DNA of 64,000 nucleotides, taken from positions 71,424,001 to 71,488,000 of the forward strand of contig OX597820.1 of assembly GCA_951406725.2 (NCBI GenBank), written 5' to 3'. The notes beneath the pieces were generated by a model. It made no database searches and was not told the origin of the DNA. It saw only the letters and a list, made by a program, of their open reading frames with translations. The stretch is from Octopus vulgaris. Lineage: Eukaryota. Positions 10,439-24,134 of the stretch are shown here, piece by piece. Every line of letters begins with the position of its first letter. The first letter of the stretch is position 1. The position numbers and the translations under genes are program-made.

Positions 10439-13419
10439 ACATGCACGATATGCTTTGTACAGTTTCTACCAATTTGACTAAAAATACTGGTTGACCTGGG
10501 CGGCAACAGTAGCAAACATTTCCCTTTGGTACCACCAAGTGCAACTGAACCCAGAAACATGTGGTTGTAAAATAAATTTCTTAATCATACTTGTCTGACT
10601 CACATGTGATAATATTCACTAGATGTTGCTTTTAATTCACTGAATGTTTAATTTTACAAATTTAACAATAAAAAACTGATTTCTCAAATTTATATTTTGT
10701 CCAATATTGAAGGAAAAAAACATGCTGTTAATTTTTTAAAACACAAAAAGTTAATTCTTCTCATTACAAAGACTGCAAATATTCTCATTCAACCGGGCTG
10801 TATTTTATTGTTTTTGTATTTTATTCTTTTAATCTTTTACTGATTTCAGTCACTGAACTGTTTTACCAGTTTAATACAAGGTCAAACACAACATTGATCA
10901 GTTTTTTTTCATTCATGGAGACAGGGGGAAGTTTGTGAAAGCTAATCTACCTTAATGGAGATGCATAAGGGTTATTATACCAAAGCATTATACCATAACA
11001 ACTGACAAAATCAATGGTTGCCATGAGAGATTATTCTATCATGCTCTTGTCCCATATAAACTACAATTTCTAAATTCAAAATATTTCATTTCCTAAATAT
11101 GATTGATGTTAATTAGGATGGCAATTCAGGTGTGCACAAAGAAGAGTTTTCAACTCTTTCTTTCTTTCCAAATGATAATTTTTAAAACTCTGGTGGGCAT
11201 GGTGTTGATATTAATAAATGCCCCAAAGTCAATGTTTTATCATTTACATTTATTTATTTTAAATCACATGTTACGAACAATAGCATCATTGATTACTGGC
11301 TTCTGCTAGTCCAAAGATTTTTTGATGGCATGAATGACAAGGAACTTGGCATATTAATCCAGAAGCACTCTTGAAGCACAAGTGTTCTCAGTTTTCTCAT
11401 TTGGTCTCATATCTTTTGGTCAGTATGCATCTGGAGAAAATATGCATGCACACATGCACACACACACACATGTGCACATGCACACACACAAACTTTCTGT
11501 CAGTTAAATCTTCCTCAGAAGATACTGGATAAATTGAGATTATGGCAGAAGTGCTATAGTGCTATAATTTTGGGTCAATCCCAAAATTATGGGATGTGAA
11601 ATTACAACTACACAGCTATGCTTATACCTGTTTATTCATCTCCTTTCTTTCTCTTCCTTCTGTTAGCAGGATCACAGCTCCCTTTTACCCCTCTCATATT
11701 ATCAAGGTTAAAGTTAATTCATGTACAGTTTTAAGCATCAGTTGAGAATTAAAATTAAACATTTTATTTTCTACATATCTAGAGGGTTCTTTCATCATCT
11801 GCAAAAGCTGTTTTGATAAGGTTAACTAACTATTTCACTAAACATTTGCAATAAAATGAGTCTGACAGTATATCATAACTTAGGAAGGAATGAATTCATG
11901 CATGTGGGAATAATTTAGATGAACTAGATACAGGTGTTCAAAATTAATTAAAACGTATGTAAAAAAGTGCTTCCAAAACTGAGTGACTATAGGAAGCTGA
12001 TTACTAAAAAGTAAAAGGATTATGTCAACTTTTGTTTTTGCTCTCAGTAAAATAGTAAGATAGAACTTCAAAGTAATAATTTAGAAACTAGATGTAATTC
12101 TAAAAATGGATGAAATAAAATATTGATAGCTTCATCCATATAGTAATAGATACTGTATCTATATACGTACAAAAAAGCAGAAGCCAACTACATAGACTGT
12201 TGGAAACAACTTACAGTATATCAGCAATTATTAGCAAGATATTTTATGACAAATAGCATTAAAAAAGGTAAAAGAAAAATGATTGCACTCTACTTATAGA
12301 TTCTTCTTAGGTATATACAATACAAAAGTCATAATAAGGATACAAATAACATGAGACAGAACATGTCAGAAAAAGCAAGCATACAAACATATCCAATAAA
12401 TTTGAAAAAAAGAATTTCACAGCAATTCAGAAAATGAGAAGTATAATTTGTGTACAGCCATATTGCTAAAGGTAGAAACAAACTGGACTGGGATAATGAA
12501 CAGTTGCACATTACTAAATAGTTATCTGCCACATTGCTTAGCATATCTTCAGAAAGGATATTCTAAAGCTCAGTTAAGCTAGTGTTACAATATTAATAAA
12601 GTAGAAGACATTAAAAAGTAAGCTAGAAAATATTGTGTAACAAAGAAAAAATACATTACTAGAAAACTAATACAATTTATATATTTGGAAAATACAGGAG
12701 ATAACTCCAGAAATGATTCAGATTTACATTATGACCTCATAAGCAAAACATAGTCTTCAGTATGTTTACCGAAATATTGATGGAAAAAATCACTGAATAA
12801 ATAAATGTACAAGATGTACATTGGCTAACATAGGAAAATAGAATTGTTTAGATAATAAATAACTTAGTGATGCCATTCACCTGGAAAGCAATAGTTAGTG
12901 ATAATATATAGAAAACAGGGAGCATAAAAAAAATGCTAACTAGAAATAATTATGCAGTGAAGTAAAAGCAATATTAGTCCATGACTAATATTATTTACAT
13001 TATTTGGTGACAAACATAATATAACCACTCATTAATTCTCAGACTTTACTTAGGAAGCTTTCAACAAGAAAAATGCCATATCATATCATAATCATCATAC
13101 TCATAAGCAGGAACATACGTCATCTTTCTACAATCTTGTAGATAAGAAAAGCACACTGCCTATAAAACAATACCAGCAAGAGCACCCAGAGAGTGTAAAC
13201 TGCCGCCAAGGCAACACCAATGTCTTCTCAATGATTAGCCAGGGATGATTTTTAAAAATGAGAATATCTGAAATAAACTTGGCTACTTGATCAATGCATA
13301 ACTGATCAGGTAAAAATGTGTTAAGAGGAGTTAGCTAACAACTCCACAAACACAACCACAGACAGAATTTTCCACATATGTAGTATATATATATGGCTGA
13401 TGTACTGGAGTAGTAGTGC

Positions 13420-14040
13420 ATGGTAAACGGATGTCCTCAGATGCCTAGGAGAATCTGTTAGAAGTTGTAGATATCTTTTGTTATTTAGGTGACCTAATCA
13501 ACAGTGGTTGAGGATATTCTGAAAGTATAGAAGCTAGGTAAAGAACAGAATGGAGAAAGTTCAGGGGTCAGGGGTCTAATACTTTTGTTGGTAACAAAAT
13601 GTTTCTGTATCAGAGTGAAAGGCAAACTGCATGGTGCTTGTATACAAACTGCAATGCTAAATGGTAGTGAGATAGTCTTGAATGTGGAAGAACTGTGAGC
13701 ACTTGAAAGAAATGTTGCAAGTATGCTCCAGTGGATGTGCAATGTCTACATGCATAATTGATCAAGTAAAAATGTGTTAAGAGAAAAACTGAGCACCAGA
13801 GGAATCAAACAGTGTGCAAGAGCAAAAATTGCTTTGGTTTATGAATGTCATGCATATGGACAAGAATAGTTGCCTAAAGAAATGCTGATCACTCACTGTT
13901 GATCAATCTTGTTGAAAAGGAAAATCAAGGAAGATATGAATTGGCTGATCTAAGAATACTGAAACTCCTGGTAGAGATGACGCAGAACTGAGATGCTTAG
14001 TGATATGTACAACTGGAGAAGAGTTGTCTATCTATGCTTG
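13420..14040 (+). mobile_element. Highly degenerate RTE LINE fragment
   Basis: gaagttgtagatatcttttgttatttaggtgacc...cagagtgaaaggcaaactgcatggtgcttgt; homologous to the RTE RT C-terminus. Confidence 0.7.
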
Positions 14041-14748
14041 TATATTGTGGCTTAGTTTCTCAAAGTATAATGAATATGCACATAATTGAGTCCCCTCCCC
14101 ACTGATCCTATCAACTGTGTCTCTCTCCAGAGTCATTTCCTACTAACATCTATTTTTCATTCTTACTATTGACAATCCCCCACCACCTTTGTCACTATGT
14201 ATTTCTTACTCCCCACAATTCACAATCTCTAACCACACTCCTCAGTACCTATTACCAATCCTGTCATCACCCTCTTATTTCTGTATGATTCTGCTGCTCA
14301 AAGAAATGAAAGCAATACCTGTTACAATATACCATGCCATATCACCATCACTGTACTTCTAGTCACCTGTCCCTCATGTCTATACTGCTCTTTATCAGTA
14401 TTCATCTCTCATTCTTATTGTCTCACACTAATATTGGCCATCTCCACCATATTTACCATTCACCACATTCATTCCCTATATATATCTGATCTCCTCCACC
14501 CAATGTTTATGTCATATAAACATATATGGTGCTTTGTTGTGAAACATATGTATATTGATTTCTAACTCTAAGTTATTAGTATCGCTATGCCTAAATGAAA
14601 TAGTAAAATATATAACATATATACCTATATACAAGTACACATACACATGCACATACACATACACACACACACATGCACACAAGTGCATACACATATTGTC
14701 TTTCATATGCATATAATAAAAGTGTGTTCAATTATATTTATTTTAAAG

Positions 14749-14848
14749 GGTAAAGGATTTCCAGATATTAATACACGTTTGCTTTTGAAAACTTTATGGA
14801 ATGAACTTCGCATTCCTGTATTTGGCTTAATGGATGCTGATGCTCATG
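14749..14848 (+). CDS. SPO11: SPO11 (meiotic Topo VIA-like transesterase), single internal coding exon, TOPRIM region
   Basis: ttttaaag|GGT AAA GGA...GCT CAT G|gtaagt. The 100-bp phase 0 to phase 1 exon encodes GKGFPDINTRLLLKTLWNELRIPVFGLMDADAH(G), matching the SPO11 GKGxPDxxTR...DADPHG motif with the DxD metal-binding residues. Confidence 0.93.
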
Positions 14849-15559
14849 GTAAGTTTACTTTTTTGTTTCTAGTTTAAAGATTAGTCTAATGTACGTAAAA
14901 GATTTTGAAACTGAATTTACTTTTTCAGGTTAAATGATATAATTTTTCAAATAAAGCAAATCTAATATGGAAGAATTTTACAATTTTAATAATGTATATC
15001 TTTGCTGCTTTAAAAACTACATTTGTATTTCATATTAATGTAATATTATATTTTTTAAAGTTGTATATGGTATGTTATTTTGAAATGTTTCAATATGATC
15101 TTAATGAATATAATAATGGCAATACTATAGATCTCAGCTAATATATTATGTTTCAATACAATTTAAGCATTACTGCAGTGTTATGTTATTCCATTTGTTA
15201 TTAACATTCATTTCTTTAGTAGTGAAATCTTTCTTATATTTTAGTAGAATATATTTTAAATTATTTGAATGTATGGTGAAGCACATAAATGAATTTGTTA
15301 AACAATCTTAATAATAACTCTTATTTGAATAATATCACTAAAATATCGAATAATGTTTTTTATTTCATTCACCAATATTTCACTGTTTTCTGATAATACT
15401 CAAGAACAAGATGGATTAGTTGTATAGATTAGTGTATTTGAAAGTATTGCTCTTTGTCTACTCATACTTCCACATTGATCTGGAATTTTAGGTGGTTTCA
15501 AAATTTTAGGAACCTTTTAACATTGCTTGAAGATGTCTCATGTAAGAAAGCAGTAACTC

Positions 15560-15900
15560 TGAGTAGAAACAGAGTAGATTCTCGAGTCCTAGCATTCAAC
15601 TTTTCTAGTGCTTGTGTCAAAATAAAATGCACTTAATCAATTCTTTATTATGGTGGGCAATAGAAAGAGTGTTGAGCTTATACCATGTCCCTGCAAAAAA
15701 CATGACATAAACAATAAAAAAGTTTGAAGGTCTTCTCTGTTACTGTGTCTGTTAGATGATGAAGGCCACAACATGTATTGAAATACCTAAGAGCCATCCA
15801 ACACATTTCATTATGGAGAAACAGGTATAAATGACAATAAAAACAATTTGTGCAGTGGGAACTGAGAACCATTCAACCTAATTTGACACCAGTGTAAAAC
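15560..15900 (-). mobile_element. Possible very old hAT (Charlie/Buster-like) transposase remnant
   Basis: Minus ORF peptide HLYLFLHNEMCWMALR weakly resembles the hAT LLLHTEVRWLSRG motif; no TIRs seen. Confidence 0.25.
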
Positions 15901-18719
15901 AATAAGATATACATTTGAGTTTTCTTGTTTTACAGCTCAATCATCGTTTTACTGTTTTACAAACCTATCTTTCCAGTGATGTTGTAAGATTCAAATCAAT
16001 TTTTGATGTTTTCCTTATTTTAGTCTTCTTTTGTAGCTAAGGAATGATTTTCCATAATCCATTTTGAATGATTGAATGATGCAGAAAAGTATTCAAAAGT
16101 ACTCTTTTCCATGTTTGTAGATATTAATACTGCTTTCTAGTAAAAATTCTTAGAATATCCTTATTTGCCTTGATTATTAGATAAAGCATATACAGAGTGA
16201 TTTGTTAGTTTAGTTAACTTCTTGTTATCTATACATTGCTGCAACTTGTAAACATATATGGCTACATTTTCTTCATCCACTTTGCTTATATGCACCAATA
16301 TCAAGCTCTCTATTATTCTGTTAATCCTGATGGTAAAATGTAGTAAAAAAATGTTCATGCATCTGTCACATTTTAATCTTTTCTACATAAACAACTTTAT
16401 ATTACATGGAATTCTATTAAGATCTGCAGCTTTAACTGTTTGAAGGTCTTTGTTTTTTTACTAACTCTTTCATGGTCTTATTTTTGTTTGCTACATGTAC
16501 CACCACTAGAATATATAATTTATCCTAAAATTGAATTTATTGCATCATTAACTTAGGTCCAAACAATTGTCAAGAATTTTATTTATTAACATTTTGGTGC
16601 CAGAAGTAATGCAGAGGAAAATTTTGTTTGTTTTAATATTTTCATGGCTCATTTCATCAATCCATTATTCTTATTTTAAGGCTGGTGAAAGAATTAGACT
16701 CCCACTAAAAAAATATTTAGCTACAGCAGTATCTAACAGAAGTATTACATTAAGATGAACTTTTAAAGAATTTCATCTAATTGCAGTATTTCTGTTACAG
16801 CAAAAAAGCTTACTTATTTGGTACACAATAATTCCTAGATGTTGCACAAGCATTTATTGACAGCATTTGCAAACTGTTAATGAAGAAAAGTGTATGAATA
16901 TTATGTTTATTTTGTTTCATTTCACTGATTTTCCTTGCATATCTGCCGACAGAAGTATTTGATAAACATATGCTTATTGTTTGTGATGGAAATCTGACTT
17001 GATTTTGTTTTCTTATATTTTCTGAAAATACATTTATAAGTTGATAGTTTTATAAGTTGTCATCAGCAATTTCATGGTTTTAACATTATACAAAGTATAA
17101 ATGAAATGCATGAATATATTTGATATTCATGACTTTAAATCAATGAATATAAATAATTATAAAGACAAGAGATACTATGTTATTGATTTAGCTCATTATT
17201 ATTATTATTTTATATGGCCTGTAAGCTATTTATCATCTGTGACATATCCATATACAAGATAAACTATTTTGGTTTTTTTCAAGGAAATATTTTATGCTTT
17301 CTATTCTATAGTAAAAATATGCAAGTTTTGCTGATAAATCCAAGTGGTTTGATAATAATTGAATCCTTGTTCTTTTGTTCTTGGTTTACTGTTGCAATTT
17401 TAACTGAACTACATTATTGTTGTAGCATGTTTTCATGAAGGGTTTTGCATAATATTCTAATATGATTATTATAAATTGTATGTATGTATGTATAAATTTA
17501 TATCCATATATATGTATATATGTACAAATTGTGTAACCTCTTAAATTGTTTATTTAAACATAGTACTTTAAATGTGGAAAATACCTGACTAAATAAAGAA
17601 TTGTCTCTTGTGATTTATATATTCTTCAGGAAGATACTTAGATCAGAGGGAACATAATAAAATAGATATAAATGTAGAGTTGTAAGTGCAGCATATAAGT
17701 GTAGCATACTCGCTTATTTTAATATTTGCCTTTACTATTTACAATTAAAGAAAGCTGTAAAAGAAACAAAATTTTATCATATTAACCGGAGAACCAGTTT
17801 GATAATATCATAAAACAGCACATACCAAGAAAGTGCATCATAAAATCACTTAGGATATCTTACATAATTTCAAAATTCCATTGTCTTCTAAGGTCAGTTT
17901 CCAGTTCCATGTGAAAAGCTAAAATAGCTATTTTGAATATTGCATTAGCCTTAACGGGTTGTATTGTATTGAAATAAAATTTAACCTTGTGATCCTTTCC
18001 TATATTATTTTCATTCTGGAAATTTTAATAAATCATAAATCTGAGTAGATGATAAAATACAATTAATAGATACAAATGCAATGTTAAAAATAAAAATATA
18101 ATGAATTTAATATACACAAGAATACCCTGCATTATGGGAGTAATATATTCCTGCAAAACTGCCGTAAAGCGAAATTAATTTTTCCATTGATTTTCATGTT
18201 ATAAAGTGATAATGTTTCTCAATGGTTATTTTTCAGGAAAATAATAAAAACTAAAATCCAAATACTATATGTATATATAAGAAGATTTGAAGAGAAATAT
18301 GTAGGGGAATAAATAAGAATTGTAATATTGTTCTTACTGCAAAAAATGTTGGCTATTGTGTGAGGGATGGAATTGCTAGAATGAGAGTTACTGGGAGGAT
18401 GAAGGGACACTATCTTCCCTCTTATAGTTCATCATCATCAACACCTACTTGAGAAGTGTAAAACATAGCAAAATTAATGTTAATGGCACATTGTCTCTTT
18501 ACAGAGGTCAGTGTAGAAGCTGAGTTCCTTATAAACTTGTCTTATAACTATTGTTGTATTTAGGAATGGTCATTTTGCCAGTTTAGCCAGTAAAAACACA
18601 CGCACTATATATTTGGTGTTAATTTACTTCAGCGTTATTTATTTTTTATATTAATCTTAATCTTATTTCTCTTATAACGTTTATGTTATATTTACAATTT
18701 GAGTTATCAGCAAAAGCTA

Positions 18720-19600
18720 GAAGATATTCTGTGTTCAATTTAAATGGAGTTAGTGGAAATTCCATATTTTCCACTGTATATTCAGGTTGCCCTTATTTTA
18801 ACAATATCAGCTCCTCATTAGATAAACTTTCTCCTCCATGGAACACTAGCAACTCAGCAACATCATCTTCCATGGCTTCTTGAAATCCTACATCATTTGT
18901 ATTACAATATCTTTCTGAATTTTGTGTAGGCTTTCTGCTTGTGGAAAAGTTCTAAAGTCATGGGTACAGACAGTCTATATATTTTTCAACCATCATTCAA
19001 AGTTGAGGGTTTCATTCCATCCCCTGACTCAGCTATGTTATCCATGGTATCCATAACGATGAACTTCTTCGAGAAGTCTCTAACTGTAGGTTTATCCTCC
19101 CTGTTGATTGCTTTCATAAGTTATTGAAAGTTCTCAGGTAATATATCTTGTAGTTAACTATCCCGCCTGATCCATTGGCTGGAGCAAAGAAGTTGTTTTA
19201 TTGCAGGTATATTCTCCCATATCTAGAGGTAGCCATAATGCAGGGAATGCTTATATTGAAATACTAGAAGTGTGTTCTGAAGTACATAAGAAGGTTTAAG
19301 TCACTATAACTATTTGAGGGAGCACATGCTTAGTGTTTTAGGCAATTACAACTGTCAAATTAAATGAAAAACAGTTTGGATTATAACATTTCAAAAACAT
19401 AAAGACATGATGTATGGGTTAAAACGTCCTCCATACTGATTACCATATCTGATAATGGTTATTCTTTTTCATTGCTGAGTCTTGAGGACCTTCATAGGTC
19501 TTCCTAAACTGTGAGACTAGTGTCATTAATTATCTTGAACCTTTGTAGATTAATACCTACAGAAAAGACATGATCAGAAAGAGATTTTTAGAAGGCTGAC
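18720..19600 (-). mobile_element. Tigger/pogo-type DDE transposase remnant
   Basis: Minus strand near 19150-19210 reads KTTSLLQPMDQ (cf. PPNTTSLIQPMDQGVI); near 18810-18890 it reads GFQEAMEDDVAELLVFHG..LSNEEL (Tigger C-terminal acidic motif). Confidence 0.7.
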
Positions 19601-19619
19601 ATTCTGGGAAGAAGAAGCT

Positions 19620-20530
19620 GGGCTTAATGATTATTGTAGGCCCTGGAGGAGGGGTTGGATAGGCACAAGTGACAAGAGGAGGAAAGGTGAGTATGTCTGA
19701 GTGGAGGTGGCTTAAGCCCAGCTAGCTCCAAGAAGCAGTGGCTGTTATAATATAAGTAGAAGAGGTGGAAAGAAGAGACTGTGCACCTATGAGCCAAAGC
19801 CTGGAGCATGTTTGTGAGAACCTTATACTCTTTTCTGGATGCTTCTATGTGTGTAACAGTAACAGGAGCAATATGACATTGTAGATTTCACTCCATTGTG
19901 CTTTTCCATTGTGAGCTATGTAGATGATCACTTATTATTGGGGTCTGAAGTATCTTCTGGCCCTGAAGAGAAGTCAGTCAGTGGGATTTGGTTCTAGCCA
20001 TGTTAAGGATGTATTTTTGACATGAAAGATCTTTCGTGATGATGAAACCCAACAATTGGAACAATTGCAAAGACTCTAGTTGAGTACTGCTTATGATAGG
20101 GTGTGGTGCAATGATCTTTAATGAATAAGAGTAGTGTTTGTTTTTTCTTGTTTTTGAAAGAGACAAGATTAGCATATTCCCATATGCTAATCATGCTTTC
20201 AAGGTCTCTATTCATGGTGTCAATTTGGGCTTGGTATGTGGTGTTTAGCTTGTGAGTGAATGATGCATACTTGGTGAATGTTAGGGAGGAATGCAGGATA
20301 GTGTTATCTGCATAAGAGTAAGTGTTGTTGGGTGTGGCAGCAGGTAAGTTATTGATGTATAAAAATAAAAAAAAAAAAGTTGGAACAGAACTGAACTCTG
20401 GGGTGTGCTGGAGTTGATAGAACAAGGGAAAAAGGTGCTTCATCAACACACAATGATAATGTGATCTGATAGGAAGCTAGTGAAACAATAGATGAGACAG
20501 GTGGAGTCTATGTGCGAATAGTTTCAGTAG
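19620..20530 (-). mobile_element. Degenerate non-LTR RT fragment (jockey/I/CR1 group)
   Basis: ORF 20003-20449: LFLYINNL...SYADNTILHSS...DLESMISIW, i.e. the RT YADD region. Confidence 0.75.
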
Positions 20531-22379
20531 AAGATTTGCATGCCAAAGAAGATCAAAAGCATGGCTGATTTTGAATTTAGCAACATTGTTTTCATTCAAA
20601 TATCTCCAAAGTTAGAGTCCAGAGAGTGTGATGGAGGAGAGCAGGTCACCAGTGGATTCATTTTTATGGAAACTATACTGATGGTCATTAATAAGAAAAA
20701 AATAAGAGTCAATTCTGAAATTCAAATAAATTAGTGATAATAGTACATTCAACTATTTTATAAGATAATGTAAAACACAAACTATATCAAAGAAGATTAT
20801 ATAAAAGAAAAAAACCTTATATGTTATAAACAGTGTAGCAAAAGTACACAAATAGATATATTTTACATTGGACAGATCTGAACATTTTATCTAGTCACTT
20901 TAATATCATTTAATATCATTGAGATAAATTTTACACACTTGAAAATTCATGCTAATATGCAATTAACTATGTAATCTTTGGGAAAGGTATCATTATTATT
21001 TTAATAAAAAAATTTTTCATGCCAAAATAAACTATTATTATATTGACAGAGCTAGACAAAATTATTTTTTTAAAGCAATTAACCTTTCATAAATCTCTGA
21101 TTAATCAGTCTATTCAATCCACCTATTACCTTACACGTTTCTTAATGAAAAAAGACATTACATAATGTAATTAGTAAAGTCATGGTTTTGTGATCTACAG
21201 TATAAGTCTGTACATGACTCACAGTTTACATCTATATCCCTATGCCAGTGTATAAGTTTTTTTCCTTAAATTTTTATTTTGATTTAAGACAGTTGAATCT
21301 GTAGAATACATTGTTTAGTTTTATTTCCTAGAGTTTCAAGTTTAAATTCTGCCCAGCAGACCAAACAACTTCATAAGGGTCATTTGTTGGTTTGAGAAAG
21401 CAAGGTCGAAAAGTTTGGTAAGAAGCAAAGTTAAAACAAATAAGATAGCTGGATGGAATCTTTCATTTTGACAGGTTTTTATCATAAGGGCTTTAGATGG
21501 AGATTGATAATGTTGCCATTTTGATATTTTGATTTTTGTTATTTATGATTGTGTCTTGCGTATCAGATTTTCAGTGACATAGATGACTTTTGTTTGTAGT
21601 TTATATGTATAGTCTTCTGATACTTCTCTTTGCTTGAGTTTCCATTGATTCGTCAAAATACCTTTAAGTTTTTGAATGTCTACATCTGAAATATTTATTT
21701 CTTAATGATTAAGAATAAGACTGTTTCACAAAGTGCTGAGAATGTTTTATGAAAATTTAATTTTGGATGATTTTATGTTTGACGATCAATACAATTTTCG
21801 AGAATAAAATTCATTTATACATCAAATTTAGATTAAAAATATTTTATTACCAGGCTTTAAAACTATGTACTTGAATCTATTTCTCTTAGTCAATGAAAAT
21901 GGGTCCAAAACTTAATGTTTTAAGCATCAGTCTATATAAGAACATACAAATATAAATATCTAGTATGTACTGAAGAAAATAAACGAATGTTATGTAAAAA
22001 GAGAAAAACAAAACAATTCCACAAAATCCTTATATTGTATTTTCCAAAAATAATTTATTTTTATAAGAGAGCCAAAAATACTTATTCTAGTGCTCTTTTT
22101 CCTTACCCAGCTATAGTTTTTCTTCATTAAAATCAATAAGAATGAAGAAATATAACTACATTTACTGCTATAATTAATTTATTTAGAAATGGCACATCAA
22201 TGACATGTTCATTGTGATAGTCACACTGGATAAGAGTGAGAGGGAAAAAGAAAACTTAGAAAATAATTCTATTTTATCTATTTTAATATCCAGCATAGTT
22301 TAAGTGAAAATGGAAATGGCTCAAGAACATGGTTTTTAAATGTAAAATTAAGGATAATAAACAATTCATAGACACAGAC

Positions 22380-22850
22380 ATAGCTGTGTAGTAAGAAGCT
22401 TGCTTCCCAACCACATGGTTCTGAGTTCAGTCCCACTTTGTGTCTTCTACTATAGCATAAACTGACTAAAACCTTATGAGGCAGAAGCTGAAAGAAGCCC
22501 ATCATATATATCTGTGTGTGTTTGTGTGTGTTTGTGTGTGTTTGTGTTGGTGTTTGCCCCCACCACTGCTTGACAGCCAGAGTTGGTGTATTTATATCCC
22601 TGTAACTTACCGGTTCATCAAAAAAGGACTGATAGAATAAGTACATGTGTGTGTGTGTTTGTGCCTGTGTTTGCCCCCAACACTGCTTTACAGCCAGTGT
22701 TGGTGTATTTATATCCCTGTAACTTAGCAGTTCAGCAAAAAAGGACTGATAGAATAAGTACATGGGGTCAATTCATTCGACTAAAAGTTCCTCAAGCTGT
22801 TGCTTCAGCATGGCCACTATCTAGTAACTGAAACAAGTAAAAGATATAAG
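22380..22850 (+). mobile_element. SINE family A with internal ~110-bp duplication
   Basis: tRNA-like head, (TG)n, two copies of gtgtttgccccc...gatagaataagtacatg, tail cagcatggcc...ctgaaacaagtaaaaga. Confidence 0.8.
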
Positions 22851-23921
22851 ATATAAACACAGTAGTTCAGGCTTGCATGTTACATGTCAAGTTCCTTAAA
22901 CTCTTAATCACAACACTTCTGCATTTGTTAAAAACTACTAATACAAGAATTTTGCTGATGGTATATTTATATTTCTTTAGCATATTTCATGTGACCCTTT
23001 GTTTTATTTGTATTTTATTTTTATAAGTTCATTTCGTTGCTGAGGTAACTTCTCTAAAAGCTGTAAAAATATTTGCTTCCAATAAATGATGAAGCATGCA
23101 CAAAATTTTGCTTATAATTTAAAGCATAATATATAGATATTTATGTTATAATTCATCTATTTTGTAGTAGGATTTAGAAATCAAAAGATCAATATATTGA
23201 GATACGAAGAATGAAAAGATAAGAGGATTAATTGCAATATTTAAAACACTCCTTCAATGCGAGAAATTTTGCGCAGTTTGTGATGCAATTAATTTTATTC
23301 AATATATCTCATTACAGATAAATATTCCCATATTTGGAAAGAAACATATTTCTACTATAATTATATATCATCCAAATCTCCTTCCTATACTGGAAGGTGC
23401 ACATCATGTTTGCTTAAAACAGAATTAACATACTTATTTAAGAACATAACTAAATGTAAGCATCATTTGTGTATGATTTTTCATATTTAAAGCTGTATCA
23501 TTATGTTACAGTTATAAATATAAATGCAATTAGAATAATTTATTTGATTGATTATTATATTTTTAATAAAATGCATTTTAAACTTGTCAGTTCTTATTCA
23601 GTTTTCCCTTTACTAAGTGACAGCAAGGTTGAATCTAAATCAAAATCCTCAAAGTAATTTTCAGGCTTCACTGCACTGTGAAGCTAGAAATTACAAAGCT
23701 CTCTCAAATCATACCCTATTGTCTTAAGTAAGCAAAAAGTGCATGAGATAATATATTCTACACAATCCTAAAAAGTTAGGATAGTCACAACTGAAATAAT
23801 TTTGATCATAGGTCCCCTCATTTTTGGAAATCTATTGTGAAAGTAAATCTTTCAACAAATATAAGCAGATAATCATTAATACCATGCCATATCAAATAAG
23901 AAGTAAGACAAGAAATATATT

Positions 23922-24134
23922 CTTTTCTACTCTAGGCACAAGGCCCAAAATTTTAGGGGAGGGGGCCAGTTGATTAGATCGACCCCAGTACACAACTAGT
24001 ACTTAATTTATCGACCTCGAAAGGATGAAAGGCAAAGTTGACTGCAGTGGTATTTGAACCCTGAACATAAAGACAGACGAAATACTGCTAAGCATTTTGC
24101 CTGCTGTGCTAACATTTCTGCCAGCTCGCTGCCT
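23922..24134 (-). mobile_element. tRNA-head SINE family B, with target-site duplication
   Basis: Minus-strand core gcctttcatcctttcgaggtcgataaattaagtac; flanked by taagacaagaaatatatt (23904-23921) and taagataagaaatatatt (24135-24152). Confidence 0.85.

Noticed and set aside
17284-17321. 38-nt segment after an AG (GNILCFLFYSKNM) as the next SPO11 exon
   Set aside because: No GT donor at the expected position and no match to GIEIMC.Y..GS.
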